A stretch of 64,000 nt of DNA from Octopus bimaculoides (GCF_001194135.2 NC_068990.1:7109247-7173246), one strand, 5' to 3'; positions 24,322 to 38,353 are shown, counted from the first letter of the stretch. Notes: a model not told the origin generated them from the sequence alone. Program-made: numbers and translations.

Positions 24322-27300
24322 TCGAAAAATACCTTAAGAATGAGAACCCAGGTTTGAAATTTCCCCAAGAGACCTGATGAAGGCTGGAGGGTATATCAGC
24401 CGAAACGTTGTGTTAACAACAAACAAGATGAGGACAAATATCTGTCGAATGTAAATAATGTACAGAATTCCTCATTTCTTAAATATAGAACTGTATATTG
24501 GTTCAGATTTTTCACTTGTAATAGTAATGGTACTTGCATAACTATTTTAAAATAGTTATAAAATCCTTTTATAATAATTGAACACAATATTTTCTACTCT
24601 GCCCATTTGTAGCCACCCTACTGAGTAGTATAAAAAAAAGGGTAAAATGTAGTACTGAAGGTACATGGATCAGTGGTTAGAGCATCAGGCTCACAATCAT
24701 GAGGTAGTCAGTTCGATTCTCAGACTAGGCTATGTATTATGTTCTGGAGCAAGGCACTTTATTTCATGTTGCTCCAGTTCACTCAGCTATAGAAATGAGT
24801 TGCAACATCACTGGTGCCAAGTTGTATCAGCGTTTGCCTTTCCCTTGAAACAAGGATTCTGGATTATTTTTCCTGTTTTTTTACTTAATCTTTGAGAGTG
24901 GTCAGGTTCATTTTTAGTATTCCCATTTGTGAGAGTAGTCGAGTTTATTTTTGATATTCTCATTTTAAAAATCATCTCCTGCTAATCGTTGGTGTTGCCT
25001 TGGCAGAGGTTTGTGCTCTCTGAGTGCTCTTATTATTGTATATTCTTCTTCATATATTAAGTCCAAATATGTGTCACTGAAATTTTGGTTGCATTTGTGA
25101 TGTAAGTATAATGACTTTTTAGCTGTACTGTAGTACTTGACCTCGCTCACTAGGCAGCAAACATTCTCTCTATAGTTATTGTGCACTCTTGAAGAGATTT
25201 CAGTACTGAAAGCTAATAATATACAAGTTAACCTCATAGTGCTCCCATTTTCCCATTAGTAAACTAAAACTAACTATGACCAGCAAGGGTTAATGTACTT
25301 GAAAGATGTTAGTGATAGCAGGCTAACTAGAAACTGTGGAGTACTGTACTCAGCACAATCTTCAATGGGTTTCTATTAATAAAGTATTTTCACTAAACAT
25401 TAAATGTAAATTTATAAATGGAAATTAATATTAATTGCTTACATTGAATTTTCAGACATCAAGACATCAAAAGAAGCCGTTGATAAATTCAAGATACTTG
25501 TGAAACGAGTGACAGATCTCTTGGAATGTCAGATTGATGGCACTTTGGAGAAAATGTCAATGACAACACTCTGTTCTATACCCGATAATCATGCATTAAC
25601 CATTGATGATTTTGTTGAAGAAACTACCACAGTCGTAGCAGAAGCTGCTACTAACTTAAGTGTGTATGTATTTCTGTTTGGGTATAAGACCAAAATTTTC
25701 TTCTTTCTCTCCATATGTATCCAGTTAAATGTCAATCCATTTTTGGGAGCAAACACTCTGGAATTTTTCCTTTATGTCATATAAAAGTTGACACAAGTTT
25801 TTCACAGGCAACAGCTCAACATGTGCTGGTTGGGGGATTATCTTGTGTATGAATGTTACTGTTAGTAAATAAATTTTTTCCTTACCATTACACATTTTGA
25901 TGTAAAACATCAGTTTACAGATTTCTCAACATCATTATTAAAGAAGCAATGGCACATAATTAGTATGATACATAGTAAAAAAAAAAGCCTACCTTCATTT
26001 GTTATAAAGGCTGGACTGTATCCTTTTACCCATATAATTCACTACAGTTACCATGTCTCTTAATGGGTAGTACTTACCGGTACACAACACCAACTTTTAA
26101 CATCAGCTAACTTTTTCTCGACTTCAACTTTAATCTTTATGCTCTCCAATGCCATTGACTATTCATCAATGCATCAAGCTGTTCCTGAAAAAAGGAGACA
26201 TAGAAAAGTCATCTAACTTAGCCTGAACACCCTGTGTATATATGTATGTGTGTAGTGCATGTCTGTGCTTGTGTGTTAGTGTCTCTTTGTTTTGACATCA
26301 CATGATTGTTGTAAATGACTCATTTATTTCCAATATTCTGCAAAAACATGCCTGGCCAAAGGGGAAATATTACCTTTTTTTGGAAGAAAGAGAAGGGCAT
26401 CCAACTGCAAAAACTCCGCCTCAGTACAACTCCATCTGACCCATGCAAGCATGTATATTATTTAAATGATGATGATGATGATGATAAATAATAGGACAGT
26501 AGCATGTCATGTATTCAATTTTTTTCACAACTATTTTGCCTAATAGTAGAAAACAAATTTTATGAGGAAAGAAAAGGAAAAGAAAAAACTGACATTTGAT
26601 GCAGAGTTTTAGAAAAACTCATCTGTTTTGTGGGTATATTTGACAATTAACTTTCTATAATTCTGTGTCAGCTCTTGACTGGCAGTGATCATTTCCACTT
26701 TTGTAATGCAAATGTATTGCGTTTCATTTATTTGAAGATATCAAAGGATGCAATTTCAAAAGTGTCTGCTTTACCTATTATTAATGTAAAAGAAATTATA
26801 AATGAGCAGCTGGCATTCTAACATGTAACACTCATCACTTTGGAATTAATAACTATGATGATTAAGCTCTGGATAAAGAGTTAACTCCAAATGATATATT
26901 GTCTCAGAGCTGAATGATGTGAAAATGAAATTTAGAAAATACCTTTCAAAATAGATTCAGTCATTGCAAAGAACACTAATAGGATTTTCTTTGAATAAGG
27001 TGATTAATGACTGGTAAAACCTGATCAAATGAAAAGTGCTTAAATATATGTGAAAAAGGACAGGAGAATGAGAAAAAATGTAGATGTGCATTCACAATGA
27101 AATTAGCTGAAGAATCCGAAGACTTCAATGGTATATTATCAATGCTGCTTTATAATTTACACACAATGAAGATTTTCAACTATCAATTAGAACCTGAACA
27201 TTTCTCAGGAGAGAATAATTGTACATTATTTTCTTAAGGAAAGTGCTTAAATATGTGAGACAAGACAGGAAAACGAGAGAAAATGTAGATGTGCATACTC

Positions 27301-27866
27301 AATGAAATTATATATATAATAAGGGTGAAAAATTGAATATTGATTTGATTAATATCAATTTAAAACCAATGGCCTAGCATATTGAAAAAATCTGAAGATT
27401 CAGAAAAATTATATTACATACATATAAGAGGGATGACTACTAAGTGGACATCCATTATGCTAGAAGTAGATCACCTACAATCCGACCACTAAGGAAAGAT
27501 TGTTCTCAAGAAAATTCAGCAAACACCAGAACGTAAGCAAGTAAGACAAATGAAAAGATACAAAATATCAAGGTTAATCATGGACCGGTTTCATTGTCAC
27601 CACTTAGGCGGTCACCACAGACATCTCGTGCACAGTTCTGCAAATTATATTGCCAAGACGATCATACTGAAGAGTTGCAGACAATTACGTAAGTGGTGAC
27701 AACAAAACCGGTCCATGATTAGCCTTGATATTTTGTATCTTTTCATTTGTCTTGCTCGCTTACGTTCCTGTGTTTGCTGAATATTTTTGAGAACAATCTT
27801 TTCTTAGCGGTCGGATCGTAGGTGATCTACTTCTAGCATAATGGATGTCCACTTAGTGGGCATCCC

Positions 27867-27915
<49 letters not shown>

Positions 27916-30900
27916 NNNNNNNNNNNNNNNNNNNNNNNNNNNNNNNNNNNNNNNNNNNNNNNNNNNNNNNNNNNNNNNNNNNNNNNNNNNNNNNNNNNNN
28001 NNNNNNNNNNNNNNNNNNNNNNNNNNNNNNNNNNNNNNNNNNNNNNNNNNNNNNNNNNNNNNNNNNNNNNNNNNNNNNNNNNNNNNNNNNNNNNNNNNNN
28101 NNNNNNNNNNNNNNNNNNNNNNNNNNNNNNNNNNNNNNNNNNNNNNNNNNNNNNNNNNNNNNNNNNNNNNNNNNNNNNNNNNNNNNNNNNNNNNNNNNNN
28201 NNNNNNNNNNNNNNNNNNNNNNNNNNNNNNNNNNNNNNNNNNNNNNNNNNNNNNNNNNNNNNNNNNNNNNNNNNNNNNNNNNNNNNNNNNNNNNNNNNNN
28301 NNNNNNNNNNNNNNNNNNNNNNNNNNNNNNNNNNNNNNNNNNNNNNNNNNNNNNNNNNNNNNNNNNNNNNNNNNNNNNNNNNNNNNNNNNNNNNNNNNNN
28401 NNNNNNNNNNNNNNNNNNNNNNNNNNNNNNNNNNNNNNNNNNNNNNNNNNNNNNNNNNNNNNNNNNNNNNNNNNNNNNNNNNNNNNNNNNNNNNNNNNNN
28501 NNNNNNNNNNNNNNNNNNNNNNNNNNNNNNNNNNNNNNNNNNNNNNNNNNNNNNNNNNNNNNNNNNNNNNNNNNNNNNNNNNNNNNNNNNNNNNNNNNNN
28601 NNNNNNNNNNNNNNNNNNNNNNNNNNNNNNNNNNNNNNNNNNNNNNNTATAATGTGAACATTTAATATTTAGTAGGCATGCTCTTTGCATTTTTCAATAT
28701 ATATATATATATATTTATGAGGGTAGAAATTGATATTAATCAATTTGAACCAGTGGTCTAGCATATTAAAAAAATCCGAAGATTAAAATTATATTACATA
28801 CAAAAATAAGAGGAATGACCAGCATGATTCGGCATCTATTTCTAGCATATAGGAGTCCACTTTTGCTGGTCATTCCTCTTATTTTTGTATGTTATATATA
28901 TATATCATGTAACTGGATGACTGTTAGTTCTTCGGAGTTCATCCACTCTTTGACAGGTCCTTTCCTACCCTGCAAGGTGTCTGAAGCCTACACTACTCAT
29001 CAACTTTGATTTCAGTGGTTCAACTTAATAATGATTATTTTATATTTTATTTCAGTTCAAGCAAACTGATTGAAATGTCTGTTGGGGAACTTTTTGATTT
29101 ATTGAAGTCAAACTTGGAACTAGATGTGAAAAAATACCTTATAGCCGAGAATGGTTACCCATGTACTAATCCAGATACCAAATATAAAAATCAGGCTTGC
29201 AATGAATGCTTAGCTTGCGGTTACCATAACATGCTAATTTACTTCACACAGAAAAACACCGATGCTCTTGTAAAGAGTAAGTAGAAACTGTTTCCATTTC
29301 AATTACTCACTTGTATTAGATTATAAGTCACATGAGTCAGTGTTGAGACTGTTAGGTTGTAGACCTGCTGACTGTAGGATGGAATGTTTAAATTTTATCA
29401 TTGCTTTGGTATGTTCCTAGCTAAGTAACTTAAACTTTTAATAGATTAGCTCTTAACAAGTACTGTGGGAAATGAAATTTCTGTAGTAGTGTATGATAAC
29501 TGTATAACTAATAAGAAGCTTTTCAGTTTGCAATGCTTTGAAAGAAGGCACCACTCAATTAAGTTCTATCTCAAATGTTACAATAAACAAAACATTTATG
29601 GTGTGTAAACAACTTGAGTAGTGCTACTTTTATAACTGTGAAGACAATATAAAAAAAGTTTTCTTTTGAATATCTAAGCTAAATAGAGTTTAGAATTAAG
29701 TTTTGGAGCATTTAGCACATTTAACATTGGACCCTTTGGCAAGTTATTTTACACTTCATGTCTCAGCTAAGCTTAAAACTGATATAGTTGTTATTGTTAG
29801 ACCCAGGGCAGTTCAGATTCAGGAGACCTATTATCAAAGGTACTTCATCTGTGACCATCTGGTATTTTTCCTAGACTCAGTGCACCCAGGACAACTTTAT
29901 CCAACGTAATATGAGGGTGACTTGGATGTTATATTTAGCAGTTCAAATTATACATAGAGGTTTCTTGCCTGGCTTGTACAATTTTATCACTTGTCTCAAG
30001 ACTAGAAAAATTATAAAAAATCAATTATCTTTACAGGAAGTCTATGTTTATGTAGTTTAGTCCCAGGTCAATGCTGTATAAATAACACATGATAGAAAAA
30101 CCCCTTTCCAGCCACAATAGCTTGTTATCATAGGATTTGAATCGAGAGATATCCTGATCACAACTGAGTTTATTTTGCTGTCTACTGATAAAGCAGTAAA
30201 AAGGATGAAGACTCCCTTTGATCGTGAATGACCATGGGATTGCACCTACAAAGTTCTCCTCTGAGGGACAAGTCTGGGCAAGGTTGTTTATGGAAGACCA
30301 GCAGTCACCCATGCATGCCAGCCTCTCCTTCTCCATGCCACCAGTGTTACCCAAGGGGAAGGCAATGTATGACATAGCTTGGTACAAGTGACTTTGCAAC
30401 TCATTTCTACAGCTGAGTGAATTGGAACAATGTGAAATAAAGTGTCTTGCTCCAGAACACAACACACAGCCTGGTCTGGGAATGGAACTCACTACCACAT
30501 GAGTGTGAGCCCAACACTTTAACCTCTGAATCAGGTGCCTTCACAATAAAACAGTAGTGAAATATTGAAATGCTTCTATAAACATTTTTTGGCAAGTTTA
30601 GATGTGAGCTAAGGTTCTATGCCACATGCTGCAAGATCTGGATTCCGAACCAGTCATTGATCTCTGCTTTACAAAGAACATTGCTATAACTGACAGACTC
30701 TATTCAACAGGAAGGAGAGAATAAGTATCACTCCCACTTTTCATTGAATGACTTTTGTAATCATTTATATCCTCCCAAAAAGAAAATTTGCTGAGTCATC
30801 CACACAGAATACATTGTTAGAGTCATCAAGGACAAATACATTAAACTTTTCTTTTTAAAAGTGAAAATTATTTCAATATTATACTTATCATGTCTTTAGA

Positions 30901-33900
30901 GAAGCTATGCTATGTTTCAAAAATATAAATCAGTCTTCAGACACTACAGTTTGTAAGTAGTTTTTAGCTTTATTATCTTAAGCATTTCTTTTAATTTAAT
31001 TTACACTTTATTATATTAAAGCTGTAGTTTATGGTTGGGATAGCCAGCAGTTTTATGCCTATATACATTTCCTTATATATGTCAATGATTTAGGTCTTAA
31101 TTTAACATTACATGTTGAAGTAGTAAGCTGGCAGAATCATTAACACACCGGGCAAAATACTTAGTAGCATTTCGTACATCTTTATGTCCTGAGTTCAAAT
31201 CCTGCTGAGGTTGACGTTACCTTTCATCTTTTATGGGGGTTCAATAAAACAAGTATCAGTTGAGTACTGCAGTCAATGTAATTGACTTATCCACTTTCCC
31301 AAAATTGCTGGCCTTGTGCCAAAAGTTGAAAGCAATATATCTTTACATGTTACTTGATGATAACATCCAAGGTGATAACATCCATAAGTGCAGGAGTAGC
31401 TGTGTGGTAAGTAGCTTGCTTACCAACCACATGGTTCTGGGTTCAGTCCCACTGTGTGGCACCTTGGGTGTGGATTTGGTAGACGGAAACTGGAAGAAGC
31501 CTGTTGTATATATGCATATATATATGTATGTGTGTGTATAAGTTTGTGTGTCTGTGTTTGTCCCCCCAACATTGCTTGACAACCAATGCTGGTGTGTTTA
31601 CGTCCCCGTAACTTAGTGGCCTGGCGCAAAAGTGTCCGATAAAATAAGTATTAGGCTTACAAAGAATAAGTCCCAGGGTCGATTTCTTCGACTAAAGGTG
31701 GTGCTCCAGCATGGTCACAGTCAAATGACTGAAACAAGTAAAAGAGTAAGGTACATTGTAGTACCACATAAAAAAAAAAAAAAAAAAGTTTGGTTTTTTT
31801 CAAATATGCTTGTTGCAACAAGTGCATAAAATAGGGTCAGTGTAATTCAAAGTTTAAAGACATGTAACACCAACTACAGAGTTTGGAATGTTCTGCATAA
31901 CAGAAACAGAGTGAAATGATTATTTTACACACAGTTCAAGAGCACTTCAAGCAAATGTAGGTAGAGAGAGGGAGTACAGAAGAAGAGAATTAGATAAATA
32001 AAAATACAATGACATCATAAACTTTACTACATCTTGGTATTTCCTTTCTTCTTCACTCTCCATATTTAAGTCTCCTCTCATTTTTTCTCCTTCACTCTCT
32101 CTCTCTCTTTCTCCATTTATCATTATCAACAACACCAACAACTCTACTGCCACTGCTACTATAACTATTTCTTATTCTATTTGACTTGCTTCCTTTAACA
32201 TTATACAAACAGCAGGTACATAAGAACATATAATTGTATAAGGCTAAAAGTAAAAATGCCCTTCGGTCATGAATGACCATGGGACTGCATCTAGAAAGTT
32301 CCCTTCTGAGGCACAAGTCCAGATAAAATTGCTTGTGGAAGGCCAGCAGTCACATAAGCATACCAATCTTCCTTCTCCTCATCACAAATGTGATCCAAGA
32401 GAAAGGCAAAAACAGATACAGCTTGGTAACAGTAACATTACAACTCATTTCTACTGGAGCAATGTGAAAAATAAAGTGTCTTGCTCGTGAACACAACACA
32501 CAGCCATCTGGAAATTGAACTCATAACATCATGATTGAAAGTCTTATGCCCTAACCACTGAGCCATATAGATTGTAAGTCTGATGCTCTAGCCACTGAGC
32601 AATATAGATTATCACCATTATTAATATTAGACATTGAGTCAGTTATACTGTTGTCAATATTATTGTTTCTTTTAGGTACTCGTATGACTCTTAATTTGTT
32701 GAAAAGAACACTTCAGAGCAACACTCAGTATAAAGGAGATGCAAAATCTTACTGGCAGCCAGCCTTATTCAAAAGCGACATAATTCTTGAAATCCCAGAT
32801 GTAGTCCTGAAACCTAGCCTTGAAGATCTACAGCATGGGCTTAACAAAGCAGTGAATATTATCATCAATATGGCCCAGAATATTGAGCCATGGAGGCACT
32901 TGGCAACTGCTGTGGTAAACAATTCATTTTATTACTAACATTTACTTAACCAAATGCCTTTTTTGGTTGGAATTTCTAACTTGATGCATCCGTTCATAAT
33001 GATGAGGATGATATCATTATTTAATGATGTCATCATTAATATAACATTATTTTCTTATGAATCTTTTGATTGGTTGGGGGTATAAGCAAACAATGTATAT
33101 ATATATATATCAGCATGTGATTGGAGCCATTGTAACATGATTTAATGAAATTCACTTTGTGATTTTATATCAACAACCTTCTGAGTGAGCATCGGTCAAG
33201 TACTAGAGTCCATTCCACACAAAAAGAAGTGGTTTTGTGTCTCAGCTAGAAATAAATATATTTATTGATACCTCAATTTCTTAAAAACTGTTGGGGTTAA
33301 ATAAAGGTACCATTGCTTTGATTCTCAAATTGACAAATAGAAGCCAGACCCCCCCCCCCCAAAAAAAAAGCAAAATTTTTTCCCTTCTCTTTTTTTATTA
33401 ACAAGTAGACAAACTAGAGTATAGAATGTCCATCCAAATGACTCTACTTTCTTTGCTATGATGTTGGACAAGTTTAAAATTTTCTTTCTATCTAAATTTT
33501 ATCAAATGAGGCAATTTGTTTGTCCCTTTTCAATCCCCACCTTGTCCGATTCTGAAACACTGCACTAGAATTAATGTTGTTTGGATTTCATGAAATACTG
33601 CAGAATTGGTAGATATATGTCTTTTAGTTCCAATACTTATAATTATGAATATTTATGAATATTTTGTTTGGCTATTTGACATTTAATCACCAGCATAGTT
33701 TTTATGTCTCCTATTTCTATATTAGTACGGATTACATAAAACTTGGTGCTATTTTCTATAGCTGGATGCTCTTCTTGTCATTAACCTTTTCAAGAAAGGT
33801 ATTTATTCTCCTGATATATATATGCATGCAGCTAACCCCCCACCCCCACCTCCACACACATTTAAAAGCTTTTGTAAAAGTTACTTGATACATTTACAGT

Positions 33901-35684
33901 AATTAGAAAAATACTTTTGACAGTTATTAACTATTTAAAAAAATTTGTTTGATTAACAGAATTTCACTAAGCTTTGTGGAAGAAGCCTGTATATTGTCTG
34001 TAGTTTATGTCTAGTGTGTCTTTTGTGTGTAAGCACTTTCGTTTTCTGACATTTCAAACATATGCATTCCGAGCTAATACATAATGAAGAAGTTATATTT
34101 TTTTTAATAATGCTGTTAACTATTTTGGGTTTAGTTTTGGATTTAAAATTCTTATTAAGTACTCTTCTTTTACTTTTCATAGTTGATCATGTTTGTCTCA
34201 TATTTTGTAAAATGGAAATATTTAAAGTTTACTATTTGCACAAATGTCTAGATGTTTATTACATAGAACATTTCTAAGAGATGAATCTTTGATTTGTTGT
34301 CTATGCACATTTGCACAGCTGGTTAGTTTTGTCCCTGTTTCCCCAATGTAATTCTCATTGCATTGTAGGCTTGTAATGTAGCAGATGAGATTTTTTGCTT
34401 TGCAATTCATGTTATCTTTTGGTTCTTCTTTCCTCAATTATTTCACATGTCCCATGAGGTTCTTCACAGTGTTTTTACTTGTATTATTTCTTCCTCTGAC
34501 AAGAACCTCAGCTTTGTTAGAAGTCTCTCAAGATTTAGTGCTTGTCTTCGGTTGTTGATGGTTTGTGATTTTTAAATTTTTTGGTGGAAATTTCATAGTT
34601 GATACAGAATTGGGAGGCATCGTTTGCCTGAATGTAGGATTGTGGGTTCCTATAAATGGAATATTTATGTTTGTATTTTCGTTTTCACCCTTAGCATGAG
34701 TGTTTCTTTGTAAGGTATAGATCAAGATTTCTTTTCTCTGGTTATGCATGATTTATTACATTTTGGAGTATTTATGTTTTTGAAGTAACATATTTAGTTC
34801 TGCTACTCATTTCTCTCATCTATTGGTATTTGTAGCTATCGAGCACACATGTCTTGCCATACTGACTCATATGTTCCTTTTTGTATGGGAAGGGTGGCAA
34901 GATTTAGAATCTAAATCTCAATGTGTGCTTTTGTCCTTACAGCAGCCATCAATTGTATATGTCTCATGCTAAGGGTGAAACGAAAATACAAATAAAAATA
35001 TTCCGTGCAACACTGCAGTTCTAACACAAGCATCATATAATCTGCTTTTCACTCTGTAGGAAAACACCTTTATTACCAGCAGTAGCCCTCACTCCCTGAA
35101 CTTTTTCCAGCTCATACTTACTCTGGTTACTATACTCTCAGAGCAGCCAACGCCCTTGCTAATTGCATCTCCTAGGTAACAAAGTTATCAGCTACTTCTA
35201 GCAAGCCAACTGGGAATTTGATAGACAAAATTTGTGATGTCCTCACATGAACTGTTCCAGTACATCTGCAACATATGAAGCTCTTACATTTATGGTTTCC
35301 GTTACATCTCTTGTGTGCTCATAGCCTACATCAAGTACAGTGTATAGAGTTTTATACCTGCTCCTTTTCTGTATATTGAACAAAGACATTTCCTTGAAGG
35401 TACAGGTTCCTGTATTCTTTCCTACTTGCTAAAACCTTCATCTTCTCTAAATTTACCTTAAAGCCTCTCAATTCCAGGATTATCTTCCATACCAGGAATT
35501 TCTATTTCCCTTGTGGATTCAGCTATGAGAACTAGATCATCAACATATAGGAGTTCTCATGGACATCCAGTCTTAAACTCCTCTTTGAAAGCTTGCAGGA
35601 CTATGGTGAATATGAGGGGCTGAGAACTGAGCCTTGAGGAACTCCAACCTTCACACTTAATTCTTCACTCTGTGTGTGTGTTGT

Positions 35685-35729
<45 letters not shown>

Positions 35730-37937
35730 GTGTGTGTGTGTGTGTGTATGTGTATAAGTATATAAGTATGTATGTGCATGAACGTGAGTGCATGTACATC
35801 TGTGTCTTCTTGTCTTGACAGTATGATTGATGGAAATGAATGTCATTCATTTCTAATATTTTGCAAAAACATATCTGGCTGAGATGTTGGGGACATATTA
35901 CTTCGCTTGGAAACAAGTAAGGGTTGGCAACAGAAAGGGCATCTAGCTGTACAAAATCTGCCTTGCTAAACTCCATCTGATCCATGCAAGCATAGAAAAG
36001 TGAATGTTAAAACAATAATGACCGTATATGAATATATATTGTTACTATTATGTTAAACTTTCGTATATCCAAATTTGGCCAAATGTGTTTTTTGCAATAT
36101 TTATTTTTGCTTGCAATAGCCAGTTGTTTTGGTCAAACTATCATATCTCCAGCTGCTTCAGATGCCACGATGTCAAAAATTGTCAAAGTGTAGTACAATG
36201 GTTTTGTTATGGAATGGTGAAACAATTTATTTGTTTTCTGAAAAAGCAACATGTTGGACTTACAACACTTTTGCATAATAGAAACGATATATATATATTT
36301 ACATGCATGTAATTTTTATTATTAATAGTGTTTACTTTGGCTATTCTAAACAGTATTTGTTAAGATGAAAGTTTCCTTATATATCATAGGAATTGGTAAG
36401 GGGAATTAATGAGTTGGGGTTGAAGCATAAATAGATGGTGAGAGAGGGAGGACATTTTGACTTAGAAGTAGTAAACAAAGAGAAATGCAGTAGAAAAGGA
36501 AGAAAATATCTAATGTGCTTAGTCATCTTGGTAATATTCTATTTTATTGACTATTTCAGTAAAGGTTATTGATACAGCTAATATAATTATGTCAAATAAG
36601 ATTGATTTTCTTTTTAGGAAAATATTTAGTTTTCCATGAACAAACATCTAATTCCCAATTATATGTTCACTTATAATTTACCAATATATCAGTTTTTATA
36701 CATACTTATGTAAATAAATATGCATACATCCTAAAAAATATGTATATATGTGCACTCATACACATACATATGTATACATATTTAAATGTGGCATGGAAGA
36801 GAGGAGAATGTGTTGGTTTGGATATGTGCTGCATGAATAAAGACAGCTGTATACAGAAGAGCCTGTCACTGAAAATGGATGGCACCTGTGGAGGAGGGAG
36901 ACCCAGGAAGACATGGGATGAAGTGGTGAAGACTGATCTCAGGACGTTACAGTTCATGGAGAAAATGACAATGGACCAAGATGTTTGGTGATATGAGGTT
37001 CTAGAGAAGATCCACTCACGTCAGTGAAAATGGGTGCTAGAAGAGAGCAGATTGGAGTTCTGGGTACCTCTGTTGCCTGAGTCAAGAATGGTTCTGACAT
37101 TCCAACATGCTAGGTGGATAGATATTTAATGTGACTCAAGAAAATTTCCAAACGCAGTCATACAAGTATGTGCATATATATGTATCATGTTAACTATAGT
37201 TTGACTTTAGCTAAGACACCAAGAGGAGGCCATTTGGCAAAGAAGAAGTTGTAAAATTTATCTGAATTTCTCTAGGGTTGAAATTACAGGCTGTATTCTG
37301 AAAGCAGTGGTCATACTTTACAATTTACATAAAGCATGAACTCTCGTAACCTGAGGTAGCTGTAACAGAGTGTGTCTATATTTATATTGACTTTGTAGGG
37401 CTGAAAAATTAGATTCACTAAATATATAATTTGAAAACTGAACATGCTAACAGCATTATATCGTCAATATTAAACTGCATTGGATGTTGTTCATGTATCT
37501 CCATGAATCATATATTTTTCTCTGCATATGAATTAATAAAATCTCTGCAACAAAGCTTGCTGAGGTTTTGTACCTTAAATATTTTGTTTCTGCATTTAGC
37601 AATTTGCTTTTTAATCTTTTCTTTTTTTTCTTTTACTTATCATGTATACATTTAGCCTGACATAAGCGAAGCAGAAGTTGCGGAAAATGGAGATGAACAA
37701 ACAAAAGTGGTACCTGATCAATCACCAAAGACATTCTTCAAAATAATTAGTGAACATAAGGACATTGTAAAAATTGTGATCCAGCTAAACTCCACACTTA
37801 CCATCATGAAATCAACTGTTCAACAAATTCTGAAAAAATTTACAAAATATTCAGAACTTTGGACTCGGGTATGCATCTCATTTTGTTTACTAAATTATTT
37901 TCATGAGAGATTTTGGTAGTATTATAGGATACAGTAA

Positions 37938-38020
<83 letters not shown>

Positions 38021-38353
38021 CACACACACATATATAAACATATATATAAGGGAATGCTGAAAAGTTCCTGGCTTTGGGTAAAAGAAAATATAGGCAGATC
38101 AGTTAATAATGGTTTATTGAATATATTCCCCTCTCTGATTCACACACTTATTGCAGCAGTCCTTCAGTTTTTCTAAGCCCCGTAAAAAAAACTTTTGCAA
38201 TACCCTTTAAACCGGGAACTTTTCAGCACTCCGCCCTACACACATATATATAAGTACATACATACATACACCACACACGCATATGCATACCCTAGAGTCT
38301 TGAACAGCTTAGCCATGGATAAAAGATCTAAGTAGTCAGTCGACTTTTGATAT

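Noticed and set aside
27667-27690. CTGAAGAGTTGCAG in the fold-back spacer
   Set aside because: The only complement of GTTGCAG lies upstream and no GAAA follows; the order is incompatible with a hammerhead.
27804-28690. Long ORFs of 270-285 aa in several frames (also at 41710-42304, 62363-63177 and 6088-6369)
   Set aside because: Artefacts of N runs translated as X plus (TA)n tracts.
32915-37655. Possible missing dynein exon (human DNAH5 is longer here)
   Set aside because: Flanking exons join in phase 0, the region is poorly conserved, and no convincing exon was found in the interval.
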